Source: Podarcis pityusensis (lineage: Eukaryota). From it: 64,000 nucleotides of DNA. The notes beneath the pieces are model-generated. The model saw only the letters and a list, made by a program, of their open reading frames with translations. It made no database searches and was not told where the DNA came from. Position 1 is the first letter of the stretch, and the number at the start of each line of letters is the position of its first letter. This document shows, one piece after another, positions 25,611 through 39,673 of the stretch. The stretch is from the NCBI GenBank assembly GCA_964106645.2, contig OZ067044.1. One strand, given 5' to 3'. A program made the translations under genes and the position numbers.

Positions 25611-25932
25611 ACAATTTAGCACTGTCTCCACTCAAACATACTATACTATGGTCCCAGATCATCACCCTAAGTCAGCATGAAGATAGGCATCTAGATAATT
25701 CAGACTGAGGCTTCCACAATTTGCAGTTTTCTCCCTCAACAACTGCTGAAAAATCCATCCCATTAGGTTGCTCTGCAGCAGTAGCAGCTCAGTATTACTC
25801 TCTACCTACCTTCCTGGTAACATGGCATGAATTGTCTGGAGTGCCAGTTTGATAACATCCACTGCTTACAAATAAACTCTCAAACAAGTGATAACACCAA
25901 ATTCCCTATAAGGAACATGAAATATAACTCAC

Positions 25933-28362
25933 CATGCTGTCATTTTCCTTTTCAGAAATTAAATTACCTCCACTGACCATCAAAGAAATGTCAGAGTTGC
26001 CATTGCAAAGGATGTTCTCTCCTATTTGGACAGTGGGCTGCAGGAATGTCAACTCATTCCTTCTGGATTCAGAGGACAGACAGACCTGGTAGGAATAAGG
26101 CAAAGTTCCGTCCTCATAATTGGGTGGGAATATGGCACCAGCCTTTGAATGGGGGTCAGGAATAAAGCACTGAAGGAAAGTAGGGTTCCTTGACCTTCGA
26201 AGCTTCATCAGAATGGTCAATATCACCGTCACCAGGAACAGGAAGGACACCAAGGTCAAGGCCAATACCAAATAAAACTGTAGATCAGACTGATACTCTG
26301 AGTCATTTGGTTGGGAGTTCATTTCTGGAAGAGCCTCCTGGAAGTTCTCAGCAAACACCAGGCTCAAAGTCGTGGTGGCTGAGAGAGGAGGATGCCCATT
26401 GTCCTTCACCAGAATGACCAGCCTCTGCTTCACTGCATCTCTCTCAAGTAGTGCTCGGACTGTTTGCACCTCTCCTGTGTGGGAGCCAATACTGAAGAGT
26501 GAGGGCTCTGTGGCCTGCAGGAGATGGAAGGAGAGCCAGGCATTGTGTCCCGAATCAGAGTCCACGGCCACCACCTTCGTCACCAGATAACCCGACTCAG
26601 CTGACCGAGGCACCATCTCAAAGAAAGGGGAGCCCTCTGTTGATTGTGAGGGGTACAGGATCTGCGGAGCGTTATCATTTCGATCCAAAACACATACTGT
26701 CACTGTGGCACTGCTATTGAGTGGTGGAGAACCTCCATCTTGGGCCTTCACTTGAATCTGAAACTCCCTGAATTGCTCATAGTCAAAGGAGCGTTGGGCA
26801 TAGATGATCCCAGTCTCAGAGTTAATGGAGACATAGGAAGAGAGAGGCAGGTCGTTGATGTTGCTGTTAAGGATGGAGTAAGTGATTCTGGCATTGCGAT
26901 CCAGATCTGGGTCAGAGGCCTTGATATGGAAAATTGAAGCTCCAGACGGGTTGTTTTCTGGAACGTAGGCAGTGTAGGAAGATTTTTCAAAGGCTGGTGG
27001 GTTATCATTGATATCTGAGATCTGTATTGATATGGTTTTGTGTGTGGAGAGTGGAGGTGTGCCTTTGTCTGTGGCTGTGATTGTAATATTATACTCGGGA
27101 GTCCTTTCTCTGTCAAGGGCACCATCTATCAGGAGCTTGAAGTAATTACTCGAAGATGAGACTATCAGGAAAGGTACAAGTTCCTTCAGGTGACAGGTGA
27201 CTTCTCCGTTATCCCCAGAATCCCTGTCCTGAACTTTAATGAGAGCAATCACAGCTCCAGATGTGACATCTTCTGGAACTGGGCTGGACACGGAGGTAAG
27301 GATCACATCTGGAGCATTGTCATTCTCATCAAGAACCTCAATCTCCACATTGCAATGTGCTGCCAATCCTCCGCCATCACTTGCCTGAATTTTCATCATA
27401 TATTTTTGTCTGTCCTCAAAATCAACACTTTCTATGAGTGTGATTGTTCCGTCTCTGGGATCCAGATGAAACTTCTGTTTGGCTGTTTTTGGGATGTCAC
27501 TGAAAGTGTAAGTGATCTCAGCATTTGACCCTTCATCATTATCAGATGCTTTGACTTGAAGCACAGAGGTTCCTTTGGGTGCACTCTCCTTCAGGCTCAC
27601 TTTATAGTTTGTCTGGGTGAAAACAGGGACATTGTCATTAATATCAATAACTGTTACCAATATTTTGGCTGTTCCGGTTTTTGGAGGTTCTCCACCATCC
27701 ATGGCTGTAAGGACCATGTTATGCACCTGTTCCTTTTCCCTGTCCAGTTGTTTCTGCAAAATTAATTCAGCATATTTACCACCATCATTGCTGTTTTGAA
27801 TTTCTAGTTTGAAATATGGAGTTGAGCTCAACTGATAATTCTGGAGGGAGTTCATTCCGATATCATCATCTTCAGCATTTCCAAGAGCAAATCGAGTTCC
27901 TGGCAGAGTAGATTCACTAAATTTAAGCTCAATATTTTCATTCTGGAAATGTGGGGCATTATCATTGATGTCCTGGATAAAAATATTTACGTGGAAAATA
28001 TTCAAAGGATTGTGTGCCACAATTTCTAATTCGAGGACACAAGTGGATGATTCCCCACAGATCTCTTCCCGGTCTATTCTCTCATTCACATACAGGTTGC
28101 CATTTTGTTCATTCAAATCAAAGAATTGCTTTTCTGAAGAAATACCAAGCTTGCGCTTTGACAGCTCTCTGACATCCAACCCCAGATCTTTAGCAAGGTT
28201 CCCCACAAAGGAGCCCTGCTCTGCTTCCTCTGGAACTGAATACTGAACCTGCTCAGACACTACCTGGCAGCAGAACACAGACCAGAATATGAACAGAAAC
28301 AGTACTTGCCTCTTGGTGATCTCCCTTGTTCTCTCTGCCTGCTTTATTTCCATCACATCCAT
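25933..28362 (-). CDS. PCDHGB: Protocadherin gamma-B-type variable exon (810 codons; unspliced stop at 25906)
   Basis: Intact 818-aa ORF. Donor ATG|GTGAGT at 25933. Confidence 0.95.
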
Positions 28363-28563
28363 TGTTGTTTATGATTTCCTCCTTCTTTATTATGTCAGAT
28401 AATAGAAATATTGTTCTTTTGAGCTGCTCTTTGGGAAACTGAGAGCTTTCCTTTCTTGAGCAGCTTTTAAAATAAAAGCTTTTCCTTTCTGCTTGGCTGA
28501 AGTGTTAAGAGAGAGAGACTACTCCAAGAGTCTCAGAAATGCTGAGCCATGGCTTCTCCCACG

Positions 28564-28604
28564 TTGTCCAACAGTGACACTCTGAGTCCACATGGGGAAC
28601 TGTT
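28564..28604 (-). promoter_or_regulatory. Pcdh CSE / CTCF site (CACT variant)
   Basis: Plus strand ttgtccaacagtgacactctgagtccacatggggaactg. Confidence 0.82.
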
Positions 28605-29249
28605 TTTGCTATTTCTGTAATTCTACATGGAATTTTATCTCTAAAGTAGGGAAATGCTTGTAATATAAGTTCACATTTAAATTCAATCAGAAACAAATTT
28701 CTTCTCCATCACTTGTGTGCACCCTCTTCGCTTCCCAGTGCCTCACCATTCAGCATCATTGATGGTTTCTTTCTTTAAAAAGGAAAAAAAAAAAACAAGA
28801 AAAACCATAGGAATAGTAGAGAGGGGATGCCTGTTGGTGAGGAGGGCTTTGTTTCCAGAGGCTTCTAAAGAAATTGTGGTCTTCTAGATCATTTAGATAG
28901 TGTAATTCCTTGTCAGGGTACACAAGGTTTGTCAATGTCTCCTTTATTGGATCAGGAGGCAGAGGGAACTACACTTTACATCCTCTCTGGCAGGAAATTC
29001 CACTTCTGTGCATACTTAGGAACATCATTTCTGGTTCAAGGTTAGGACTTTCCTACCTCTGCCCATTGACAGTTACTACCAGCACCCCACACAAAGGTGA
29101 TTTTTTTTTTCTTGAAAAAGGGAAGAAATGGCAGGGAGGTTTAGCTAACGGTACTGATGAACCCCATTTATACTTGAAATTAATTCAAAGAAAACTGGGT
29201 CCTCGCTGAATTAAAGTGATTAAAAAAGATGGGAGAGCTTATATTTAAA

Positions 29250-31086
29250 ATCTTCTCATAGGACCTGGACTAAAGCTAGCTGCACTCTTTATAAAAGAGA
29301 TACCATGTAATACATTAGTATGTTATTTGCTATCTGTCTTTCACCCAGTTTAAACATAGCATTAATACCTCTATACTTTTGCATTATTCTGTTTAAAAGG
29401 TTTCTGTAAAGGAATAAAATACTGAAAGACCAAACTAACTAATGTGCATGTGATCAATGTGATCAAAATATTTTACCACTTTTATTTACAATAATGTAAA
29501 GCAACTATTTCTAGCACCATTTCCCCCGCAATGTTCCCAAGTAATAAATCATTTCCAGTTTCTCTCATACAATTTTGTGTGAATCAAAGCATCCCCACCT
29601 CCGCTCTAGTGTAGTTTTCATTCTGCAATGAATGGACTTCCAGGACATTGTCACAAATGGTCACCCCTACAATATCTCCAAAGTTCAGGCCCTACCACTT
29701 ACAGCTGTGTCAATAACTTGGCACAAGCCGTATAATGTTGTTTGGGGACATCTCTCTAACCAAGGACAGTTTTCTTGTGAGTTTCTTAATGGGGTCAGAA
29801 ACACATCCTACAAATAAGTGTTTTCCGGCTTGGGATTTTTGGATATTGTCAAGCACTCTTCTTCTGACACCACAGACACATATATTTTCTGGGATTCAAA
29901 ATTCTACCCTCACCTTATATTGGAAATCTAATTGGGGTAGAACCCCCCCCCCAAAAGTTAGTGTGTTGCTGTTGTTTTCTGACACAGGGTGAAGGTTCCA
30001 AGTTATAAGGAGCATAATGCAACCATCTTATATACAATTGCTTGCATTTTTTCTTTTTTATTCCCAGAGTCCCCTCCCCAATTAAGTCTCCTTATCTTAT
30101 CATTCTAAAATATACAAACATCAATAATATCTCTGTCAATAAAAGGCTAAGTAAAACCATAACTGCTTTTGGAAAATGACATAACAAGCCTTTTGGCAAT
30201 GGGAATATCAATATCAGCTTTCTGGAGGGAGTGTAGTGGAAAGGGGTTACGTACTATCAGAGAAGTCCCTATGAAGTACCATTGACATGCAAACAAGTGC
30301 ACCAAAGTTACTTGCTGACAGATGTTTGACTATCCTATCTGTCAATGCAGACCACAGTAGGTATTTGTAGTGTACAAGCTGCTTGAAAGAAAAAGAAAAA
30401 TGAATCAGTTTGCTTCCAGGTTAAGAGCTTGTCTGCCTGAATGACTGGAGTGGACACTGACTTGTCATAGGCCTCTAGTTTCTAGTGCTCACGGAGCTAG
30501 TAAACCTATGTCTTGCCAGTACCGAGATAGGTGGCTGCTCACATTTATTGATATACTAGCCGTCTATCCATCCATCCCAAAGTTTGGAAATATCATGCAG
30601 AAATGAGATAAAAACAAAATACAATAGTCAAAGCTAAAACAATTAAGAATGCACCAAATCCATCCATAAATTAAACAGGAACCCACATACTGAAGTCTTG
30701 ATCAATACTGGTCGGGAAATACACTTCCACATAAAAACTAGGTGAGAGGAATTAAATTAGGCTAATAACTGTCTCCCAGGCATGATTGTTTGCAATATGT
30801 AGGGAACTATGTTTTCTTATAGAGGAGCATTCTGTTTTATGAGCCCCCACCAGCAGTCCGAAGTAGCACGAATGAGGCAAAGATTGGTCACTTAATGCAT
30901 CAAGATAAAGATTTGATGAAAGAAGTTCCTTCACAGAAGGATCACATACCCAGTGATGACTAAAAGAAGGAAGAGCTGAACGGAATAAAAAGAAGACTGA
31001 CATAGTTCTGAATATAATGAGAAACCAGAGGCAAATGGGAAATATATTCTGATATTAATAAAACAAAACAAAAAAATCATGTTAAT
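29250..31086. repeat. Diverged paralog of spacer 11060-12817
   Basis: Shared blocks in the same order (taggacctggactaaa, ttcaaaattctac, cttcacagaaggatcacata, aaatcatgttaatctaaaatt). Confidence 0.8.
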
Positions 31087-31104
31087 CTAAAATTGTTTGC
31101 TCAC

Positions 31105-33507
31105 CTGGAGTACAATTAAGCCTTCACTGTTCAAGTTTAAATCTTCACCAGGTAGGATTGGATCCTTTGCCTCACAAGCCTCTTTATTGTTCAGAGTATT
31201 GGAATAATTTGCCTTTCTAGAGTCTGTAGTGAGAGAAACCTCCTGGCAGTAGGAGTGCAGAAATGCTCGGACTCCGTCGATCCCCACAAACTGTGAGATA
31301 GGAGCGCCACTGAAATTCACACTCCCCGACTCAAACAGCTGAGAATTTCTCCACTTGTGCAACCTGACAGCCAGTAACACAAGGAGGAAAGTGAAGAACA
31401 AGCAGGAGACAAAAGCCACTGCAAGGACCAGGTAGAAGGTGAGGTCAGACGGAGGCTCCACAGGAGCTGAGATGCTGCTCAGGTCTGAGAGGACTGCAGG
31501 GATGGTGTCAGCCAGCACCACAGTCAGAGTGGCTGAAGCAGAGAGAGGTGGCTGCCCATTGTCCTTGACTAAAACCACCAGGCTTTGCTTGAGGGCATCT
31601 TTCTCCAGAAAGAAGCGGGCCGTCCTGATCTCTCCTGTGTGGAGCCCCAGAGTGAAGAGCCCTGGCTCGGTGGCCTTGATCAGCTGGTAGGAGAGCCAGG
31701 CATTCTGGCCAGAGTCCGCATCCACGGCCACCACCTTAGTGACCAGGTAGCCTGGCTCTGAGGAGCGAGGGGCCAGCTCTATCCCCGTGGAGCCGTCGGT
31801 GGGAGGGGAGGGGTACAGGATTTGGGGAGCGTTGTCATTCTGATCGAGGACGAAGAGTGTCACTGAGACATTGGAGCTGAGTGGTGGAGCACCTCCGTCC
31901 TGAGCCTTTACACGGAACCGAATGTCTCGAAACTCTTCATAATCAAAGGAGGTCAGAGCATATATAACCCCCGTCTCAGAGTTAATGGAGAGGTAGGAGG
32001 AGAGGCGGGAGTCACTTCCTTGGTCATCAGTGATGGAATATGTTAGTCTGGCATTTTCTTCCCAGTCTGGATCACTTGCTTTCAGGGAAAAGACTGAGGC
32101 TCCTCTTGGATTATTTTCTAGAAGATAAGAGGTGTAGGCTGACTGTAAAAAGAATGGGGGGTTATCATTTGTGTCTAACAGCTGCAGTGAAATAATTGCA
32201 GAGGTTGATAATGTTGGAGTCCCATTATCAGTTGCTGTAACAGGGATATCATAGGTCGCCACTTGTTCCCTGTCAAGGGCTCTGTCTGTCACTAAAGTGT
32301 AAAAGTTGTCCATTGTTTTCTTTAGTTGGAAAGGAAGGCTATTGGGAATTGAGCACATAACCTCCCCATTGACTCCTGAATCTCTGTCTTGGACATTTAA
32401 AATGGCAATGACAGTTCCAGTTGGTGTGTTCTCAGACACAGAGTTGAGTACAAAGGTTATTGCTATTTCAGGTGCGTTATCATTTAAGTCTTTTACAAAG
32501 ATAACAACCTTTGATCTGTTACTTAGACCACCACCATCAATGGCTTGCACCTCAAATTCATATAAAGATGATATTTCAAAATCAAGGCTTCCTGCAAGGG
32601 TAATGTCTCCTGTTGTTGAATTCAGTAGAAACATTTTAGAATTTTTCTCTGTGTTTTTTTCAAAGGAGTATTTTACCTCTCCATTGGTTCCTTCATCTAT
32701 ATCGGTAGCTCTCACTGTGCACACTATCGACCCTTTAGGAATATTTTCATTCATGCTTCCTTCAAAGATCTGTTGCGTGAAAATCGGTGCATTGTCATTT
32801 GCATCTAGAACAATCACATGAATTTGAGCAGTACCAGATCTCACTGGATCACCCCCATCAGTAGCTGTGAAGATTAGATCATAATCTGGCTGCTCTTCCC
32901 TGTCCAGAAGTTTCTCCAGCACCAGCTCAGCATGTCTTGCCCCATTTTCTCCTGTCTGCACATGCAGAGAAAAATGGCGACTGCCTGCAAGTTGATAATC
33001 TTGTATAGAATTTATCCCTAGATCTGGATCCTGAGCTTTGGGTAGAAGAAACCTGTCTCTGAGTGTTGATGTCTCACTGATTTTCATTTTCCATTCCTTT
33101 GGTAGAAACCAGGGTGCATTGTCATTTATATCTGTAATTTCCACTTCAATACCATAAAGTTTTAATTTACTTTCAATAAAAACCTGCAACTTCAATATGC
33201 ATTTGTCTGCCTCTCCACAGATTTCCTCTCTATCTATTCTCTCAGAAATCTGTAAATGGCCATTGTTGACATTCAAAGCAAAATACTGAACCATACCTAC
33301 ACTGGAAACAATGCGGAGTCCATGGTCTGAAAGCTGCTTCCCATCCATTCCCAAGTCCTTTGCAACATTCCCCACAAAAGAGCCTTTCTGCATCTCCTCA
33401 GGAATGGAATAGCGGATCTGCCCAGAAATTAGCTTCCAGATTGTCACCATGACAAGGCACTGAAGGATTCCTTTTCTGCAACTCCCGAGTCTGTGGGTTT
33501 CTTCCAT
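31105..33507 (-). CDS. PCDHGA: Protocadherin gamma-A-type variable exon (801 codons; unspliced stop at 31087)
   Basis: Intact 806-aa ORF with gammaA motifs. Donor CAG|GTGAGC at 31105. Confidence 0.95.
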
Positions 33508-33739
33508 GATTTTGTACCAGGAGAAAAAATGCTGGTTCTGTTCAAAAGCTCTAATGATTGGTTTCTGGTGTTCCCTTTGTTCTGCTCCTAGATCCAGTTC
33601 AAAATAGCCAAATTGTTTTTAAGCAAAACTTACTTCAGTTTTGCTTTCTGTACTGTCATGTTCAGCCTCTCCTCAGTTATTGTGTGCTGCACTGTAATAG
33701 CTAAGGTTGTGAGGCTGGATCTTTTACTTTTTTCCTTAT

Positions 33740-33780
33740 TGGTGAACAGCGACACCATGAGGCTCAATACAAAACTGCAG
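33740..33780 (-). promoter_or_regulatory. Pcdh CSE / CTCF site (canonical CGCT)
   Basis: Minus strand CTGCAGTTTTGTATTGAGCCTCATGGTGTCGCTGTTCACCA. Confidence 0.88.
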
Positions 33781-34016
33781 AAGCCTTATTTTGGAATCCT
33801 AAATATACATTTTCTTCCATAACTCCTTCTATTCTTTATGGTACTATCAGGAAATTTCAGTTGACTGATCTTTTTGTTCAATACATTAATAGATATATAG
33901 TTCATATAAACCAGTTTTGTCCTTAAAAAAAAATCACAACAGGTATTTTTTTCTCAGGTGTTCTCATGTTTACTCCCAGTCTTAGTTGTACCTGAATATT
34001 GAATATTATAAGAATA

Positions 34017-34239
34017 CAGTGGTACCTCTAGTTACGAACTTAATTCATTCCAGAGGTCCGTTTTTAACCTGAAACTGTTCTTAACTAGAGGCCTGCTTTC
34101 ACTAATGGGGCCTCTTGCTGCCGGCACATGATTTCCGTTCTCATCCTGGGGCCACGTTCTCAACTCGAGGTAACTCTTAGTGAAGTTTGTAACCTGAAGC
34201 ATTTGTAACCTGAGGCGTTTGTAACTTGAGGTACCACTG
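34017..34239. mobile_element. Tigger-like MITE (same family as 24613, opposite orientation)
   Basis: TA-cagtggtacct...aggtaccactg-TA, with internal gtaacctga repeats. Confidence 0.88.
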
Positions 34240-35746
34240 TATAACCAAGGATCTGGCAGGTGATTATACTATGATATGTGCAATTCAGTCCTGCTCATCT
34301 ATGTATGCTGATCTATCATGTGCAGCTTTCTTCCCTCCCTCTCCCATTTCCTTCTCAGAGTTAATTCTTTATTTGACCTTCACATGCAGTTACATTTGTG
34401 GGATTTTTTTCCTATGATGTGACTTTCTTGGGGGCTGCCTATGAATGACAGAACCAGATTTGCATATTGTGTGTGCAAAGTTCACGATCTTCCCTGTCCA
34501 CGTGGTTTTGTCTGTCACAGGCAGCTCTTAGATGCAGGGGATTGCATCATGGAAAGTCATCTTCCACGGGGCTGTGCTTGAAAAATAATCATGCATCCTC
34601 TTTCCTCTCCATCTTTCCCTCCTTCAGTAATCCCACGTGTCCAGCTTCTCTTTCTTCAGTTCCCATTTGATAGTTCCTCAGGCTCTTAGGCTGACTAACT
34701 TTGAGATGAGAAGTTTCCATTAAATCCAGTAAGTAGAACTACAGAGCCTTTTCAGTGAAAGCCAATAATCAGAACAAGATTAATGGAACTAAAATGTCCA
34801 ATAACTAAGACTTGCACCCTGCCCATCATGAGGATAGCTATTCATTCTAGTACCATAATAATCTGAAACTGGTGTTTTGAAACAAGAGATGTATTGAGGG
34901 AATCAAGAAGGCACTTTTGTTTTCACACCATTACATTCTGAGGTAGCAGATTTGAATCTTTTAAGTCTCCATTGTGGGGAAAACAATTTCAATAATCTAT
35001 CCCAGATACTTCCAGTTTGCTGCTGTATTCCATTATCCTCTTATGACTTTATCAATGACAGCTCTCCTTTTGGAGGCTTGCTTGTTCTCTGAAGTCAACT
35101 CAATTTGACTTTGGCCATCAACTCAGTCACTTCTTTGATTTATAGCTAACCAACAATATTCTCAAATGAACATACCCCACATCATGGCCACTGGGAGGTG
35201 TGACTACAAGTATCTGAAATCCCATCCGTGATTCCATAAGCACCCATATCTAGAAATGTGGTAACTTTACTGTGTAGTTGGAGGCTGCAGGTATTCAGAT
35301 GGCCTCTCATGAGGTATGCTTTTAAGTAGGCACCATGTAGAAGGTAAGATAATAAACACCAGTGTCTCCTCTACTTCCTGCTGAAGTGGGGACCTGAAAC
35401 ATCAGAAACAGAAGCCTAGCTGGATGCCGTTTGAGTTGTGGTGAAAGCTGGCGAAGCACAAGAAAACCGAGTGACTCAGAAGTCTTCTAAATAGCATGCC
35501 TCTTGCTTGGGAGCTGCTTTCCTCCAAACAGTCCCATGCAGCTGGAGAGTAATGAGTGAGCTGATCACGCAGGTCCCACCCACATAAACTGAACACACTC
35601 CTCTTGGATGAACTCAACCTTCATGGCTTCTCACTTAGAAGATCCTAACTGCATAGGGTCTATTAATGGAAAACAGCTCCCTCATGCCTAGCTAATAATC
35701 ATGACTGGATGCAGAAAGGGGACATTTTTAACAAAACAACTTTCAA

Positions 35747-36250
35747 TATGGACTACATGGAATTGGCGGAAATGACTGGCAGAATCCGAGACCAGGGAGA
35801 AGAGTCGGTGGAAGAAGATTGGAAGAAATTTAAAGACTATTTACAGAAATATTGTAAAATTAATGAATGTTAGAATGATGTCAGAATGAAGCTAAGTGGT
35901 TTAAGCAGCAGTGTTATAAAGGTGTATGTAAAAATGGATTGTTAACAGGTGAGAATCCAAAGTTATAATATATTATGTTAAAGGACTAAGATAAAAACAA
36001 AGAGGGAAAGAAATTGCTGAATTAACTAACTGAATTGGAATACAAAAAAGGGAGGCGTGAGGAGGTCAGGGAAACAAGAAAATGAATGTAAGGTATGGAA
36101 AGACTGATGTATCTTTTTAAGTGTTTTTTATCTTTTTTTGTATTTTGTATTTTTTCTTTTATTTTTTCTTTTGTTTTTCTTTTTCTTCTTTTTTTTTAAT
36201 TCATGTAATTCTTTTCTTTGAAACCTTAATAAATATCATTAAAAAAAAAC
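35747..36250 (+). mobile_element. 5'-truncated L1-clade LINE with polyA and a 12-bp TSD
   Basis: Short ORF end MDYMELAEMTGRIRDQGEESVEEDWKKFKDYLQKY resembles an L1 ORF2 C-terminus. T-rich 3'UTR, AATAAA at 36228 and an A-tail. TSD aacaactttcaa at 35735-35746 and 36251-36262. Confidence 0.8.
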
Positions 36251-36815
36251 AACAACTTTCAACAGAGATAAATTTAAATCTCTGCATTAGATAGGAAGAA
36301 TCAGGTGCACAAATCTAGGATGGGTGATACCATGACAGTTGTACATGTGAAAAGGATCTAGGGCTTTAGCGGACAACAAGGTAAAGATGAGCCAGCAGTG
36401 CAACGCAACAGCTAGAAAGGCTAATGCAGTTCTAGTTCACATTGACAGAAATACTGGGTCCAGCTTGTGAGAAGTAATGGTATATCTATATCCTGCTTTG
36501 GTCAGACAACCTCACCCAGAGTACTGTGCCCATTTCCATGCAGCACAGTTTAAGAAGAATATTGGCAAACTGGAATGCGTCCAAAAAGGGGAAACAAAAA
36601 AAGAATTCAAATTGCAATAAAAAGTATTTAGACTATTAGGAAGAACCTTTTGCAGGCATGAGCCGCTTGAAAGTGGATCAGACTGCATCCATAAATAGTG
36701 TACTCTTCTTCATTAGAAGTTCTAAACAGAGACTATCAGCAATGGTGAATTTCCTGCATTGGCAGATGGTTGGACTAGATGATTACTGAGGTAACTTTCA
36801 ACTCTATAATTCTAA
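36251..36815 (+). mobile_element. Old degenerate CR1 LINE 3' region
   Basis: CR1 ORF2 remnants (gaaaaggatcta, atgagccagcagtg, gagtactgtgcc) and the tail tggactagatgat...caactctataattcta. Confidence 0.75.
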
Positions 36816-38613
36816 TATATGGTGAGAACACATGTGTCTCCACTATGATAAAATGCAAGAATTTCACCTGCTAGAATAATCCATCATTCCATGATCCTTG
36901 TGCCTAGCCCTGCTTTGCATATTATACAGGAAGGAATAAATGTCACTCATACCTCTGTTTCCCTTTATTTTGAGCATGTGATACTCCCCTCAATCCATCC
37001 TAGAATTTGGAGTGGTAGTATTGCAGCAACAGTAAATAAATTGTCTTCTTTTTCTGTCATTTGCCCCCAAATATGTAAAGAAGAATTTGGCAGAGTTCTT
37101 TTGGAAGAATAAATCTGGACTCTGTACACTATGGTAATTTACCTCAGACTTTGCAGATAAAATAATAGTCACTTCAACGATCCTGCCATGGAGTCAGTGT
37201 GGATTTTTAAAAAAATGTCTATCTTTGAGATATAGTCAAGAATATTCAGCTTCAAGGCAGGATTAATGCCTATTGGAATAAAAAGGCCTGCAGCAGGCAG
37301 TGAAATGCCATCAGGAAGGAGGCCCAGAGGCAGGGAGTTCCACATCCCTTCCATGAATACCTGCCAAATATATCTCATAAAGTGGACCCCTGTGGCAGGG
37401 AGGCACATGGCAGCATGTCCACCAGAAGTATTGTACTGTAGTCTCCCCATCTAGGCAAAAATATAAATTCAGGTGGTCAGGGAACCAGTACAGCTTCACA
37501 TCATTTTATAAAGCCTCAGTCCCAAGGCCTGCTCATTTCTCCTCAGCAAGGAAGCGGGGGAGGTGGTTCTGCCAGGCTGAGGGCCTGCTCTTCACCTTTC
37601 CTCACTCTAGCTGCTGCCACCTCAGAAACCTGACAGTTTGCCTGTTTTACAATTACACCATTGGACCAGTGGTCACTTTTTTTAATTCTGAGAGAGTGCT
37701 GTGGGTGCAAGTCACAAAATGGCTGCCATGGGTGCATGGCATAATACAAAATGGCTGCTGTGGGGAGCATGGCATATCACAAAATTAGAGTGAGCACAGT
37801 CATGGTGAAACTTTTCCCGTAATTGTATTTCCATACTAGGTTGAGCCTTTCTTGAATTTCTGTCTGTCATACATCTGTTAAAGGCACAAGAACCCTGTTT
37901 TTCCCTAATGCCAACCCTAAACCAAAGCCTCGTCTGCCATCCTGTATCCATTAAGCACGTCTGAGTAGGTATGTATACCATGATACTGTAATTTAACTAT
38001 ACAGTGAATTCTTAATGATTGGCAGGTCTTTAGCCTCTTTGCAAAGTGTTCACATTTGCCTTTGGGTGAGTTTTTAACATCCATCCACATTTACTGTGTA
38101 GTAATATCTAGAGAAAATAACTTCTAGGGATTACTTCATCTCAGACAAACCCACCACAGGAACGACGCATCCCAGTTTCTAGGAACAAACAGCTCATATT
38201 CATGGCATTTAAGAACTTTTTATAAATCATATAATCAGGACTGTGCGCTCCAGCATTGCATATATACTGGATTTTTATTTATTTTTTAGCAAGGTTTAAT
38301 ATGAGGACTAGTAAGGGATTGAAGGTGCTTGCTTAATTGTGAGGGCAGTAGAAAAAGTATTCAGGAAAGATAATATTTTCCTCAGAAGAATGGGGGAGGA
38401 GCGCTGCCAGCACTTCTAAAACATAAAGGCTGCCACAGATACACACAGGAGATCAAAAAGAGTGAATAAGCATTCTCTAGAAGAGGCTCCACAGCAGAGA
38501 TTATGGTTTATCTGTCAGAAGAGAATTAATTACCATATTTAGTGACAGGAAAGTTCTGGTATATTTTCTCCAGGAATAGTTTTGTATGTAGCAAAAAGCC
38601 ACGCAGTGCTTGG

Positions 38614-38794
38614 CAAGGCCGGCCCAGTACATTTTGGCACCTGAGACAGACCCCAGAATGGCACCCCCTCCTCACCAGGCAAGATGGGGTGAGTGAAGAT
38701 CTATGTCAGGAACTGACATCAGGATCTGCTGCCCTGGAGGACTCTGCCGCCTAAGGTGGTCACCACACCTTCCCTCGTGGCTGGGCCGGCCCTG
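38614..38794. mobile_element. hAT-type MITE with a perfect 8-bp TSD
   Basis: TIR caaggccggccca...tgggccggccctg. TSD gtgcttgg at 38606-38613 and 38795-38802. Confidence 0.88.
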
Positions 38795-39673
38795 GTGCTT
38801 GGCCTTTCAAAGCCATTACAAGAAGCAGTTCTGTCTCTGCCGAGTCTTATGTGAGAGTCTTCCCTATCCACACACCTACCTCCCTGTCTTTGATCTAATT
38901 CCTTTTAGAGGTTTGGAAAGTGGTAGAGGTCCATCATATGGAAGATTCGCTTTAATCCTTGCATATGGGAGTGTTTTCTTCTGCCAGTTTACATCTTTGA
39001 TTTTCCTTCTGCCCTACCCATCCCGGCAGAGAACATGAGAATCCACATGACATTTACTAATGGAAAAGCCAGAAGATTCAGCCTAAAACTAATTGCACAA
39101 ATGCGCTAAATAATCTATCTTAATTAATATTCAGTTAGTATGTTATTTTCATTTTTCTCGATTCAGCAGATGCTAGAATATCAGTCAAACAAGTGTATAA
39201 GTATAACTCATGATTATTCTTACTATGCACACGTTATTCCAAAATACCCTACAACTATATGGTACATTTCGGCCAAAGAAAATCATTTCTGAGACCCAGT
39301 GATTTCTGGAGAAGGAACTTAAGCATGTGCTTATCTCTCCTATGGATGGTGCCCATAATATTGATGTTCATTAAAAAGCTGCATAGCATCAATTATATTT
39401 TTACATACCATAATATATACTTGGCAATGAGGATCAGAGAGTCATTTTACTACTGGGCAATATAACAGTAAAGATAAGAAATGTAACTGAGTAAAATAAT
39501 TTGTGTGAAACACAAATACTGAAAAAACAACTGTGGTGTTACTAATAAATATCAAACAAAGTGCTATGTATAATAATAGCCTCCAGTATAGTACTGCAGA
39601 TCAGCAGATAGATGTAAAATTCACCAAGATGAGTAAGTTCATATAAAATCAAAAGATAACCTGATTAACTCAC

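Noticed and set aside
35420-35645. Possible old RTE fragment (gatgccgtttgagttgtggtg...)
   Set aside because: Too degenerate to support without a repeat-library search.
37712-37790. Short tandem units (caaaatggctgc...gcatggcata) resembling an array
   Set aside because: Only about 2.5 imperfect units, probably internal repeats of a decayed DNA transposon. Not CRISPR, given the eukaryotic context and the lack of unique spacers.
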